A model generated the notes under the pieces. It was given only the letters and a program-made list of their open reading frames with translations, ran no database searches and was not told where the DNA came from. A DNA stretch of 51,895 nucleotides from an uncultured Verrucomicrobiota bacterium. GTDB lineage: Bacteria; Verrucomicrobiota; Verrucomicrobiia; Limisphaerales; SIBE01. Made by a program: the position numbers and the translations under genes. The stretch lies in the NCBI GenBank assembly GCA_964355375.1, contig CAYHFE010000003.1, positions 1 to 51,895 of the forward strand, written 5' to 3'. Below, one piece after another: positions 26,564-35,665 of this stretch (its first letter is position 1; every line of letters starts with the position of its first letter).

Positions 26564-27638
26564 GGCGTGACTCCGCTCTCATGTCCTCCAGCAAACGATC
26601 CACGATGAACATGCTCGTAATTCCTTCGGATTGCGCCTGGAAGTTGGTCAGAATCCGGTGGGTCAAGACGGGTTGCGCCACCGCTTCCAAGTCTTCCATC
26701 CGCACCAGATAACTGCCCTGCAGCACGGCGTGGGCTTTGGCACCGCGAATCAGATATTGCACGGCCCGCGGGCCGGCCCCCCAAGTCACCCACTTCTTGA
26801 TCCAATCGGTCGCTTCATCCGATCGCGGCCGGGTGCGGCGGACGAGATCGACGGCCGTATCGTAAATGTGGTCCGGCACCGGGACGCGCTGCACCACTTC
26901 CTGAAAATACAGGACCTGCTCGCCATTGATCAGTTTGTCCAGCGGCGGCGGCGCGGCTCCGGTCGTTTCCCGGGCGATGCGCCGTTCTTCGGCCTGATTC
27001 GGATAATCGACGTGGATGAAGAACATGAACCGGTCAAGCTGCGCTTCCGGCAAGGCGTAGGTGCCCTCCTGTTCGATCGGATTCTGGGTCGCCAGGACGA
27101 AAAAGGGCGAGGGCAGGCTGAAGTACCGGCCGGCCACCGTCACCCGGTGTTCCTGCATGGCTTCGAGCAAAGCCGACTGCGTTTTCGGCGGCGTGCGGTT
27201 AATCTCATCCGCCAACACGATATTCGAGAAGACCGGACCTTTCGTAAAAACAAACTGCCGGCGGCCTGGCTGATCCGTCTCCTGTAGAATATCGGTGCCC
27301 GTGATGTCCGATGGCATCAGGTCGGGCGTGAACTGGACGCGGTTGAACTGGAGCGACATGACCTGGGCCAGCGAATTCACGATGGTGGTTTTGGCCAGGC
27401 CCGGAACCCCCATGAGCAAGGCATGCCCGCGCGCCAAAATGCAGATCAACATTCTTTCGATCACATCGTCCTGGCCAATGATGACCTTGGCCAGTTCCAG
27501 GCGCATCTTCTCGTAAAGCGCACGCAGTTCGTCGGTCGCGGCCACATCGGCGTCCGGGGATACTGGGGCGGAGGAGGCCTTTTCCGGCTTCGCGGGGCTG
27601 GCTTGGTTCTTCGCGGATGAAGCCACGGGTTCAGTCAT
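26556..27638 (-). CDS. MoxR family AAA+ ATPase
   Basis: 360 aa. Walker A GVPGLAKT, Walker B LADEINR, ...ATQNPIEQEGTYALPEAQLDRF. 8-nt overlap with the DUF58 gene. Confidence 0.93.
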   Translation of the reverse strand: MTEPVASSAKNQASPAKPEKASSAPVSPDADVAATDELRALYEKMRLELAKVIIGQDDVIERMLICILARGHALLMGVPGLAKTTIVNSLAQVMSLQFNRVQFTPDLMPSDITGTDILQETDQPGRRQFVFTKGPVFSNIVLADEINRTPPKTQSALLEAMQEHRVTVAGRYFSLPSPFFVLATQNPIEQEGTYALPEAQLDRFMFFIHVDYPNQAEERRIARETTGAAPPPLDKLINGEQVLYFQEVVQRVPVPDHIYDTAVDLVRRTRPRSDEATDWIKKWVTWGAGPRAVQYLIRGAKAHAVLQGSYLVRMEDLEAVAQPVLTHRILTNFQAQSEGITSMFIVDRLLEDMRAESRRG

Positions 27639-27767
27639 ATAACTATGTAAGTCGCTTTCTGCCTAAGTGAAGGCGACGCTCAGCAATCTGGTCAATCCCA
27701 GAGTTCAAAAACTTGGGCCGCCGACCGCAGAGCTGACCCACCCATGAAGATGAGCGGTCCCGGCGAA

Positions 27768-27889
27768 GCAGTTCTCATTTTGACAAGTATGTAGTCCCGG
27801 CTTCAGCCGGTCGCCACTTGAAAACCGGCTGACGCCGGGACTACCTGCGTGGAACGGACAGTGTCCTGAGTCAAAATGAGAACTGCTGC
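27768..27889 (-). mobile_element. MITE copy B (inverted relative to copies A and C)
   Basis: Reverse complement of copy A with a few substitutions. Flanked by ccggcgaa on both sides; the left end lacks the first 2 nt of the TIR. Confidence 0.85.
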
Positions 27890-27978
27890 CGGCGAATCCT
27901 TAATTCTTGCCCGGCGGAAGCCTCCGGCCTTATCCTCCAAAGCCACGTAGATTAGCACATTCCAATTGAATACTACTT

Positions 27979-29199
27979 ATGGCCAAACTCACCGGCAAAG
28001 CCCTGGTCGCCCAGGGTGGCGGACCCACCGCCGTCATCAACCAAAGCCTGGTCGGCGTCGTTCTTGAATCCAGGAAATTCCCTGAAATCACCAAGGTTTA
28101 CGGAGCCCAGCACGGCGTGCGCGGCATTGTGAACGAGGATCTGCTCGACCTCACCCAAGCCACCACCCACAACTTGGAACGGGTGGCCATGACTCCCGCC
28201 TCGGCGCTGGGCAGCACCCGCGACAAACCCGACATCGATTACTGCAAGAAGATGTTCCAGGTCATGTTGGCGCACGAAATTCGCTACTTCTTCTACATCG
28301 GCGGAAATGACTCCTCGGACACCAGCCGCATCGTCAAAGAGCACGCCAAGGCGGCCGGATATGAACTGCGCACGGTCCATGTTCCCAAGACCATCGACAA
28401 CGATCTCGTCATCACCGATCATTGCCCGGGGTTCGGTTCGGCGGGCAAGTTCGTGGCCCAGGCCTTTGCCGGGGCGAATCTCGACAACCGGTCGCTGCCC
28501 GGCGTTTACATCGGCGTGGTCATGGGACGGCACGCCGGTTTCCTCACGGCCGCCTCCATCTTCGCCAAGAAATATCCCGAGGACGGCCCGCACCTGATTT
28601 ACACGCCCGAACGCGTCTTTGACCCGGACCAATTCATCAAGGATGTCCAGGCCGCCTACGACCGGTATGGACGCTGCATTGTCGCGGTTTCCGAAGGGAT
28701 CGTGGACAAGGATCATCAGCCCATCGTGACGACCCTGAAAAGCGGCCCGGTGGAAAAGGATTCGCACGGCAACGTCCAACTCTCGGGCACCGGCGCCTTG
28801 GGAGATCTGCTCGCCAATCATCTCAAGGCCAAAACCAAGATCACCCGGGTGCGCGCCGACACCTTGGGTTACCTGCAGCGTTCGTTCCTCGGCTGCGTCT
28901 CCGAAACCGACGCCCATGAGGCGCGCGAGGTCGGCGAAAAAGCCGTCCAATTTGCGGCCTGGCACAACGTGGATGGTTCCGTCTCCATCAAACGCGTGGG
29001 CGACTACGCGGTGGAGTACGAATTGGTCAAGCTGGAAGACATCGCGGCCCGGACCAAAGTCATGCCCGCCGAGTTCATCAACGCCGAAGGCAACGGCGTG
29101 ACCACCGAGTTCAAGAACTACGCCCGGCCTTTAATCGGCCCGTTGGCGGACATGGACCGCCTGGCCGCGCCTTGGGTGCACAAGATCAAGAACGCCTGA
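27979..29199 (+). CDS. 6-phosphofructokinase family enzyme, probably pyrophosphate-dependent
   Basis: 406 aa. GGGPTAVINQSL, YIGGNDSSDT (Asp at the second-Gly position of GGDG), PKTIDNDL. Confidence 0.85.
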   Translation: MAKLTGKALVAQGGGPTAVINQSLVGVVLESRKFPEITKVYGAQHGVRGIVNEDLLDLTQATTHNLERVAMTPASALGSTRDKPDIDYCKKMFQVMLAHEIRYFFYIGGNDSSDTSRIVKEHAKAAGYELRTVHVPKTIDNDLVITDHCPGFGSAGKFVAQAFAGANLDNRSLPGVYIGVVMGRHAGFLTAASIFAKKYPEDGPHLIYTPERVFDPDQFIKDVQAAYDRYGRCIVAVSEGIVDKDHQPIVTTLKSGPVEKDSHGNVQLSGTGALGDLLANHLKAKTKITRVRADTLGYLQRSFLGCVSETDAHEAREVGEKAVQFAAWHNVDGSVSIKRVGDYAVEYELVKLEDIAARTKVMPAEFINAEGNGVTTEFKNYARPLIGPLADMDRLAAPWVHKIKNA

Positions 29200-29223
29200 T
29201 CGGGAGGAGGGCAACGGAGTTCT

Positions 29224-30369
29224 TTGAAGGTGGATCTAAACATTCACTCAGAATTGCCGGTGCGGAAAGATTTCCGCATCGGCATCCTCGGCAGCGGCTT
29301 CATCGTCAGCGATTGTCATCTGGTGGCTTATCGCAAAGCCGGGTTCAATCCGGTGGCGCTCGCCTCGAGGAACCGCGACCACGCCGTCCGGACCGCGGCT
29401 CGCCATTCCATCCCGCAGGTCAGCGGTTCCTTCGAACAATTGCTGGACGATCCGAACATCGAAGTGCTCGACATTGCCGTTCCGCCGAACGTGCAGCTCG
29501 GCTGGATCAAAGCCGCCTGCGCGCGTCGCACCGTCAAAGGCATTCTCGCCCAAAAACCCCTCGGGATGAACTACGCCGAAGCGGTCGAAGCGGTCGAAGT
29601 GTGTCAGGCCGCCGGCATTGTCCTGGCGGTCAACCAGAACATGCGCTTCGACCAGTCCGTGCGCGCGGCGAAGACCCTCCTCGAGAAGGGCACGCTCGGC
29701 GAACCGGTCCTGGCTTCGATGGAGATGCGCGCCATACCGCATTGGATGCCCTGGCAGGCCGAGCTCGGTTGGGTCACCCTGCGCATCATGTCGATCCATC
29801 ACTTGGATTGTTTCCGGTATTGGTTCGGCGATCCGGAACGGATTTACGCCAGCGTCCGACCGGATCCTCGGACGCGCTTTCCCCACCCCGACGGCATCTG
29901 TTCCTACAGTCTCGAATACGAAAATGGCCTGCGCTGTGTTGGGCTGGATGACCCATGGACCGGGCCAGCCAAGGAAGGATGCCCGGCGGAGAATTACATC
30001 CGCTGGCGGATCGAAGGATTGAAGGGATTGGCCATCGGCGACCTGGGCTGGTGCAAAGATCCTTGCACGACCCCTTCGACGATTCGTTACGCCGCCCAAG
30101 GCGATCCGGGTTTTCACGAACCCCGTTGGACGGAGAGCTGGTTTCCCGATGCGTTTATCGGGACGATGGCCCAGCTCTTGATCGCCCTGGAAACGGGCCA
30201 TGAACCCGCGATCAGCGGTCGAGATAATTTGAAGACGATGGCGTTGGTGGACGCGGCCTACCTCAGCGCCGAAGTGCATCGGGCGGTTTCGCCGCGGGAG
30301 ATTGAGGCTCAGGGCGACTTGGCGGCATCGAGAACCGCCGCGCAAGCCCGCCGCAAGTATTCTTCGTAG
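29224..30369 (+). CDS. Gfo/Idh/MocA family oxidoreductase (cytoplasmic)
   Basis: 381 aa. Rossmann motif FRIGILGSGFIV...LASRN. TTG start assumed from the ORF track, so the start is uncertain. Confidence 0.8.
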   Translation: MKVDLNIHSELPVRKDFRIGILGSGFIVSDCHLVAYRKAGFNPVALASRNRDHAVRTAARHSIPQVSGSFEQLLDDPNIEVLDIAVPPNVQLGWIKAACARRTVKGILAQKPLGMNYAEAVEAVEVCQAAGIVLAVNQNMRFDQSVRAAKTLLEKGTLGEPVLASMEMRAIPHWMPWQAELGWVTLRIMSIHHLDCFRYWFGDPERIYASVRPDPRTRFPHPDGICSYSLEYENGLRCVGLDDPWTGPAKEGCPAENYIRWRIEGLKGLAIGDLGWCKDPCTTPSTIRYAAQGDPGFHEPRWTESWFPDAFIGTMAQLLIALETGHEPAISGRDNLKTMALVDAAYLSAEVHRAVSPREIEAQGDLAASRTAAQARRKYSS

Positions 30370-31532
30370 GCCCAATCGCCGCTGCTCCCGGTCTGGCGGG
30401 TCACCACGAGATCCAGGCTCGGCACAAAGGCCATCAGTTGCCCGCCCGACCCGGGTTTGGAACGGGCATCGATCGGAATGCCGGCGCCGCTGCGGGTTCC
30501 GCCTGCAAAGTGGCGCGCGGGCAATTCCCAGCCCAGCGTGAACACTTCCGGATTGAGCTTCCACCGCATCTCCGGAGTCTTCACTTGATGCGAGGGCCCG
30601 CCGGTGGCGTCCACATACCATTGCGGAATGACTTGCTGATCGCGCCATCGGCCAACCCGCAGCATGCAATAGGCAATGCGCGCCAAGTCCCGGGCGGGCA
30701 GGCCGAGTCCGTGCGAAGGATGCCGCCCGACCTTCTCGCTGCCGTCGTAATACTGAAACCACCACTGCTCGATGCCCAGCGGTTTGAAAAGGGCCCCAAT
30801 GGCAAATTGGTCGTAGGGCTGGCCGGTGACGGTTTCGCAGACGAGCGCGGCGTGGGCCAGGGCATGCGAAGAATAGCCGCAGCCCGCGCCCGGATCGAAA
30901 GCCAACCGCTCCGTGCGCGGATCCCCGGTATGGCCCAGAATGTAATCCCAGGTCCCATCATTGCGCGCTCCCGTGGCCTCGGGACAAAGTCCGGAGATGT
31001 GACTGAGCAGTTGCCCGACGGTAATCTGAGCTTTGCGCGGATCGCTCAACGGCTGCGCCCACGGAATGAAAGCGAAGGCCGGATCCTCAAATTTCATCTT
31101 CCGGGGCGTGCTCCCCTGCTGGCTCTTTTCCGAGGCAATCGCTAGCACGGTCGCGCAAACGGCCTTGGAAACGGAGGCCACGCGGCGCGCGTCCGTTTTG
31201 GCACTGTTGCCCCGCTCCACCTGGAGCGCCACGTAGCCATGGCGAATGACGACCGCGGCGAAGTTGCGCTGATCACTTTGGAGGAGCCACTCTTTCAGGG
31301 CGGCCAATTTCTCGGGGTCGAGGCCGGCCCTTCGGCGGATCTCTTCCGGCTGATCCAGCTCGCGCCAGCCGCCCTGAGATTCCGGAGGCGGAAAATATTC
31401 CGAACGGTTGTCCCGGCTCACAGCACGGACGGCCGGTGGCGCGGAAGCGGGACTACTCCAGAGCGACATCGCCAGGAAAAGCCAGAGCCCGTGAGGAAAA
31501 GAAAGCGGAAGACAAAACAGGTATCGAGTCAT
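30309..31532 (-). CDS. Serine hydrolase, beta-lactamase/transpeptidase-like family
   Basis: 407 aa from the Met at 31532, with a signal peptide. SxxK motif in ASVSKAVCATVLA. Confidence 0.8.
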   Translation of the reverse strand: MTRYLFCLPLSFPHGLWLFLAMSLWSSPASAPPAVRAVSRDNRSEYFPPPESQGGWRELDQPEEIRRRAGLDPEKLAALKEWLLQSDQRNFAAVVIRHGYVALQVERGNSAKTDARRVASVSKAVCATVLAIASEKSQQGSTPRKMKFEDPAFAFIPWAQPLSDPRKAQITVGQLLSHISGLCPEATGARNDGTWDYILGHTGDPRTERLAFDPGAGCGYSSHALAHAALVCETVTGQPYDQFAIGALFKPLGIEQWWFQYYDGSEKVGRHPSHGLGLPARDLARIAYCMLRVGRWRDQQVIPQWYVDATGGPSHQVKTPEMRWKLNPEVFTLGWELPARHFAGGTRSGAGIPIDARSKPGSGGQLMAFVPSLDLVVTRQTGSSGDWAYEEYLRRACAAVLDAAKSP

Positions 31533-31588
31533 GAAACTCAGACGCCATGACCGTTCCATTTGTTCGCGTCTCTCTCTGAACCGTTGAG

Positions 31589-31636
31589 GGTGGGGTGAGA
31601 CTCCGTCGAGCCCTGACTTTATTGCCGACCAAGATA
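31589..31636. repeat. Half copy (one arm plus loop) of the 13179..13254 hairpin repeat, inverted
   Basis: ggtggggtgagactccgtcgagccctgactttattgccgaccaagat matches the reverse complement of 13207..13254. Confidence 0.8.
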
Positions 31637-31768
31637 CGAAAGGCTTGACGGATGATCAAGGGCTGCTTATTTGACCCATCAGTTGACAACGTTCCACCGC
31701 GTATCGAGTGTCCATGGGCAATAGAAAACCATGACGGAAAATTGAGGGGTGGGCTGGAACAACACATT

Positions 31769-32305
31769 ATGCTCAAAAAAATTCTCGTCGCCCTCGCTGT
31801 TCTCGTCGTCGGATTCCTCGTCGTCGTCACCTTGCAGCCTGACGAGTTCCGCGTGGCGCGGACCACCACGATCGCCGCGCCCGCGCCCGCGGTGTTTGCC
31901 CGGGTGAACGATCTCCGCCAATGGGAGGAATGGTCGCCCTGGGCGAAACTCGATCCGGCGCTGAAACAGACCTACGCCGGTCCATCGGCCGGTCCCGGCG
32001 CCAGCTACACTTGGTCCGGCAACAGTCAGGTCGGGGAAGGTCGGATGACCATTACGGAGAGCCAACCCAGCGACCTTGTCCGGATCAAATTGGAATTTCT
32101 CAAGCCCTTCGCCGCCGTCAACACCACCGAATTCTCCTTCAAAGCGGAAGACCAGAAAACGGTCGTGACGTGGAGCATGTTCGGTCGCCAGAATTTCATG
32201 AGCAAGGCCATGTGCCTGTTCGTGACTATGGACAAAATGGTGGGCGGCGATTTCGAAAAAGGTCTGGCGCAGTTGGAGGCGGTGATCGAAGCGGCTTCCA
32301 AGTAG
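31769..32305 (+). CDS. SRPBCC (START/polyketide cyclase-like) family protein with an N-terminal TM anchor
   Basis: 178 aa from the Met at 31769. IAAPAPAVFARVNDLRQWEEWSPW...GEGRMTITES...FLKPF pattern. Confidence 0.7.
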   Translation: MLKKILVALAVLVVGFLVVVTLQPDEFRVARTTTIAAPAPAVFARVNDLRQWEEWSPWAKLDPALKQTYAGPSAGPGASYTWSGNSQVGEGRMTITESQPSDLVRIKLEFLKPFAAVNTTEFSFKAEDQKTVVTWSMFGRQNFMSKAMCLFVTMDKMVGGDFEKGLAQLEAVIEAASK

Positions 32306-32677
32306 CTGGGTCGGGTGCGGCAGTTGGATCATCCAGCGGCCGAAATCTCCTCTGCGAGGGCAAGAGCCTTGGGGCAAGAGCACCGTCAGCGATGGACGAT
32401 CCTGCTGCAACCGCATCCCACTCGCGCGGAGCTAGCGCCCATCGACCACGTGCAGCCGCGGCCAGACCCGGGACGAGTGGATCTTGAAGCGCGGAGCGAT
32501 CTCTATCCTCCGTGGTGCCTCCGCGTCGTTGGGACGTGGCGAATCGACGAACACATCGCCCCCGGCCGAAGTGAGACCAATGACCTGGCCGCGACGGCCC
32601 CGGTCGATGCTGGCGGAAATCCTCCGGACACGGTCCGCCTCAGCGACCGCTTCACTGCTGACTCTGTGCGAGGTCCT

Positions 32678-33079
32678 TCATTTCAGCCACGCGATTCTGA
32701 TTTCCTTTTCCAACGCCTTGAATTCGGTGTCGGCGGTGACGAGTTCGGCGTTTCTGCTTTTGGCGAGCGCGGCGGCGCAGGCGTCGGCCAAACCGAGGTC
32801 ATGCGCGGTCTTCAAATGCGCGTCGGACTCGGCGAGTTCACGGTCGAGCGGGGCGACGTCCAGCGGCATCGTGCGCTCGAAATCGCGCGCGCCGCTCAAT
32901 CCTTGCGCACCGTTTTTGCGCTCCATCCTGTAAAGCACTTCGGCCCAATTCACCGCCGCAATGAGCAATGGCTTGTCGGCTTGCGCCGCCAGATGGAGCA
33001 GGTGTTCGACTTTTTCCGCGCCCGGTTCGTCGAAAAACAGGGCGAGCAGCGCCGAAGCATCGAGAACGGTGGTCTTCAC
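32678..33079 (-). CDS. vapC: PIN-domain toxin VapC (type II toxin-antitoxin)
   Basis: 133 aa. MKTTVLDASALLALFFDEPG..., conserved acidic residues, LGLADACAAALA...LVTADTEF. Confidence 0.88.
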   Translation of the reverse strand: MKTTVLDASALLALFFDEPGAEKVEHLLHLAAQADKPLLIAAVNWAEVLYRMERKNGAQGLSGARDFERTMPLDVAPLDRELAESDAHLKTAHDLGLADACAAALAKSRNAELVTADTEFKALEKEIRIAWLK

Positions 33080-33322
33080 TCAACGGTTCTCCCGGTCGCG
33101 GTCGGCGTGGCGTTCCTCCAGGTGCTCCTGCACGACGGATTTCTCGCCGGGCTTCTGTTTGAACCTGCCCCGAAAGCGGCGGATGTATTCCCGTGTGACG
33201 GGCTGGAAGATGATGCGGTCGCCCTCCTCCCTAAGGCAATCATGTGGTGTAAGACAATTCTGCCGCAGTTGATTTTCCAAGCGGGCCGCGCCACGATGCC
33301 CGGATGAACATCGGCAGCGCAT
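33080..33322 (-). CDS. Putative VapB-type antitoxin
   Basis: Small ORF ending 1 nt before the vapC ATG. Charged C-terminal tail (FRGRFKQKPGEKSVVQEHLEERHADRDRE) is typical of antitoxins. N-terminus and start codon are uncertain. Confidence 0.5.
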   Translation of the reverse strand: MRCRCSSGHRGAARLENQLRQNCLTPHDCLREEGDRIIFQPVTREYIRRFRGRFKQKPGEKSVVQEHLEERHADRDRENR

Positions 33323-33396
33323 CGCGGTTACCCTTGGTCAATCCTCCGAGCAACGATAAGAAACGTTGCTGCTCCGAATAATCCCATCCTAACACT

Positions 33397-35583
33397 ATGA
33401 AACTGCCTCACCCCTCCATCCTCGTTGCCCTCGGCTTGCTGATCATCACCCGCGCTCCGCTCGCCGCCGAAGCGCCCTGGTTCCGGCGTTCTCTCGTCGG
33501 CATGGAGGTTGGCCCCACCGGCGCGCAGTTCGGTCACAGCGACCCGGTGGATGCGCGCTACTGCGCGCGATTCGACGGCCGCGAAATCGTGCGCCAGGCC
33601 GTGGCCGCGCACAGCGAGTATCTCGTGCTCTGGGTGCGCGACGGCGATTACGCCTACTACAACTCGAAGCTCCTGCCCAAAGCCCCGGGCCTGGGCGAGC
33701 GCGACCCCTTGCGCGAAGCGATGGAGGAGGCGCGTTCCCACAAACTGCCCCTCCTGGCCTACTGCGTCGCGCAGCAGGGAGGTCATTTCCTCAAGGCGCA
33801 TCCCGAGTGGGAAATGCGCGGGGCCGACGGACGGCCGATCGGACGGTTTTGCCTGAACTCGGGCTACCTCGAAGCCATGAAGCAGATCGTCGCCGAAGAG
33901 CTGGCCTACGGGATCGACGGCTTCCATATCGACATGCTGGACCAGGGTTTCGGCCCGCCCTACGGGTGTTGGTGCGACACTTGCCGAGCGCAGTTCGAGA
34001 AGGAGTTCAGCCACCCGATGCCGAAGGGCGCGACCTGGGATGCCGCCTGGGATGACATGCTGGAATTCCGCTACCGTTCGAGCGAACGCTTCGAGAAAGC
34101 GCTCGCCGCGCACCTCAAGCGTCTCAGCCCCAGCGCCACCGTGGACTTCAATTACCATGGCAACCCGCCGTTCAGCTTCGAGGTCGGCCAACGCCCGGTG
34201 CAACACGCCGGCAACGCGGATTTCGTCACGGGCGAGACGGGCGTGTGGGGCTTCAGCGCGCTGGGCGTGGGCTTGAACGCCCAGTTTTACCGGGCGAGCA
34301 CGCCGGGTTTTCCCTACCAGATCGCCATGCAGCGGGGCGTGCGCATGTATCACGATCAGACCACCCGGCCGCTGGCCGACATCCGCTGGGAGCTCTTCAC
34401 CCTGCTCGCGCACGGGGCGTTTGTCACGATGGTGGACAAGACCGGCTTCGACGGCTGGCTCGACCCGGTGGCCTACGCGCGCATTGGCGCCGCCTTTCAA
34501 GAGGCGCGGACCAAGCGCGCTCACTTCGGTCAACGCCCGGTCTATGATCTTGGCCTCTATTTCAGCAGCCGCACGCGCGACTGGATTGGGCGCGAGAAGG
34601 CGGCCGGCTACTTCCAAAGTTTCCAAGGCGCGCACAAGGCTTGCGTGCTCGAGCATCTTTCCTTCGGTGTCTTGCTCGACGAGAATCTGTCGCCTGAAAC
34701 CCTGGCCCAGTTCCCCGTCGTGTGCTTGCCCAACGCCGCCATTTTGTCCGAACGTGAAATCGCTCTCTTCCGCCGCTACGTGGAAACCGGCGGCGGGCTG
34801 CTCATCACCGGACAGAGCGGCCAGTTCGATCGCCTCGGCCAGCCGCTCGCCGAATCCGCGCTCAGCGAACTCATCGGAGCGAAAGCGGTCGGCCGGCTGC
34901 CTTCGCTCGACAATTGGATGCGTCTGCCCGACCGCTCCGAGCCCCCCATCCTTCGCGCCGTCCTCGGTCGCGACATCCCGAGTCAATGGCCTTTCCTGGT
35001 CAAGGGACCGGCCACCCTTTACCAACCCACCACCGCCGTCGGCTTCGGCGAGCTGCTCAAACCGCATCGCACCACCCGGCAGTTGGAAGGTCGGGAAGGA
35101 ACCGAATGGCCGATGAGCGCCGATGCGCCGGTCGGTCCCGCGATGCTCCTCCAACACTTGGGCCAGGGCACAGTCTTGACCTTCACCGGTTCTCCGGATT
35201 TCGCCACGGCCAGCGAGCATCACATCGTCGAAACCCGCCGACTCTTCCGCAACGCCGTCCGTTTTCTCAACCCGAAGCCGGTGATGACCGTGACCGCTCC
35301 GCCGCAAGTCGAAGCCATCGTCACGGATGATCCGGCCAGTCGCACGCTCCGCGTTCATCTGCTGGCCTACAGTCCGCCGCCCCAGACCACGCCGGCCAAG
35401 GAGCGGCCTTTCGTCTTGCCCATGCCGATCGAAGAAGCGCCGATCTACCGGGTCGTCGTTGAGACCAACCGCAAACTGAAACGCGCCGATGCCTTGAGCA
35501 AAGCGACCTCGCTGAAACATCGGAATCAACGGGTCGAAGCGACGGTCAACGACATTCACGAGACCCTCGTGCTCCGCTACTGA
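33397..35583 (+). CDS. Secreted glycoside hydrolase-like TIM-barrel protein (GHL6/GH42-like) with a C-terminal amidotransferase-like domain
   Basis: 728 aa with a signal peptide. YLVLWVRDGDYAYYNS..., GIDGFHIDMLDQGF...CWCDTCRAQF. Family assignment is by resemblance only. Confidence 0.55.
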   Translation: MKLPHPSILVALGLLIITRAPLAAEAPWFRRSLVGMEVGPTGAQFGHSDPVDARYCARFDGREIVRQAVAAHSEYLVLWVRDGDYAYYNSKLLPKAPGLGERDPLREAMEEARSHKLPLLAYCVAQQGGHFLKAHPEWEMRGADGRPIGRFCLNSGYLEAMKQIVAEELAYGIDGFHIDMLDQGFGPPYGCWCDTCRAQFEKEFSHPMPKGATWDAAWDDMLEFRYRSSERFEKALAAHLKRLSPSATVDFNYHGNPPFSFEVGQRPVQHAGNADFVTGETGVWGFSALGVGLNAQFYRASTPGFPYQIAMQRGVRMYHDQTTRPLADIRWELFTLLAHGAFVTMVDKTGFDGWLDPVAYARIGAAFQEARTKRAHFGQRPVYDLGLYFSSRTRDWIGREKAAGYFQSFQGAHKACVLEHLSFGVLLDENLSPETLAQFPVVCLPNAAILSEREIALFRRYVETGGGLLITGQSGQFDRLGQPLAESALSELIGAKAVGRLPSLDNWMRLPDRSEPPILRAVLGRDIPSQWPFLVKGPATLYQPTTAVGFGELLKPHRTTRQLEGREGTEWPMSADAPVGPAMLLQHLGQGTVLTFTGSPDFATASEHHIVETRRLFRNAVRFLNPKPVMTVTAPPQVEAIVTDDPASRTLRVHLLAYSPPPQTTPAKERPFVLPMPIEEAPIYRVVVETNRKLKRADALSKATSLKHRNQRVEATVNDIHETLVLRY

Positions 35584-35665
35584 TGCGTCGGTCCGATGTG
35601 GGCGCGGGGCCTTCCCCGTTCGACGAGAGCATTGCGTGCGGACCAGAAAACGGTATCCTGATTCC

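Noticed and set aside
30309-30369. 61-nt convergent overlap between the oxidoreductase and beta-lactamase-like genes
   Set aside because: Both 3' ends follow from the first in-frame stops. Such tail-to-tail overlaps are common in GC-rich genomes, and nothing suggests a regulatory role.
29248-30765. 505-aa minus-strand ORF
   Set aside because: It is antisense to the Gfo/Idh/MocA gene 29224..30369 and out of frame with the beta-lactamase-like gene. It has no motifs.
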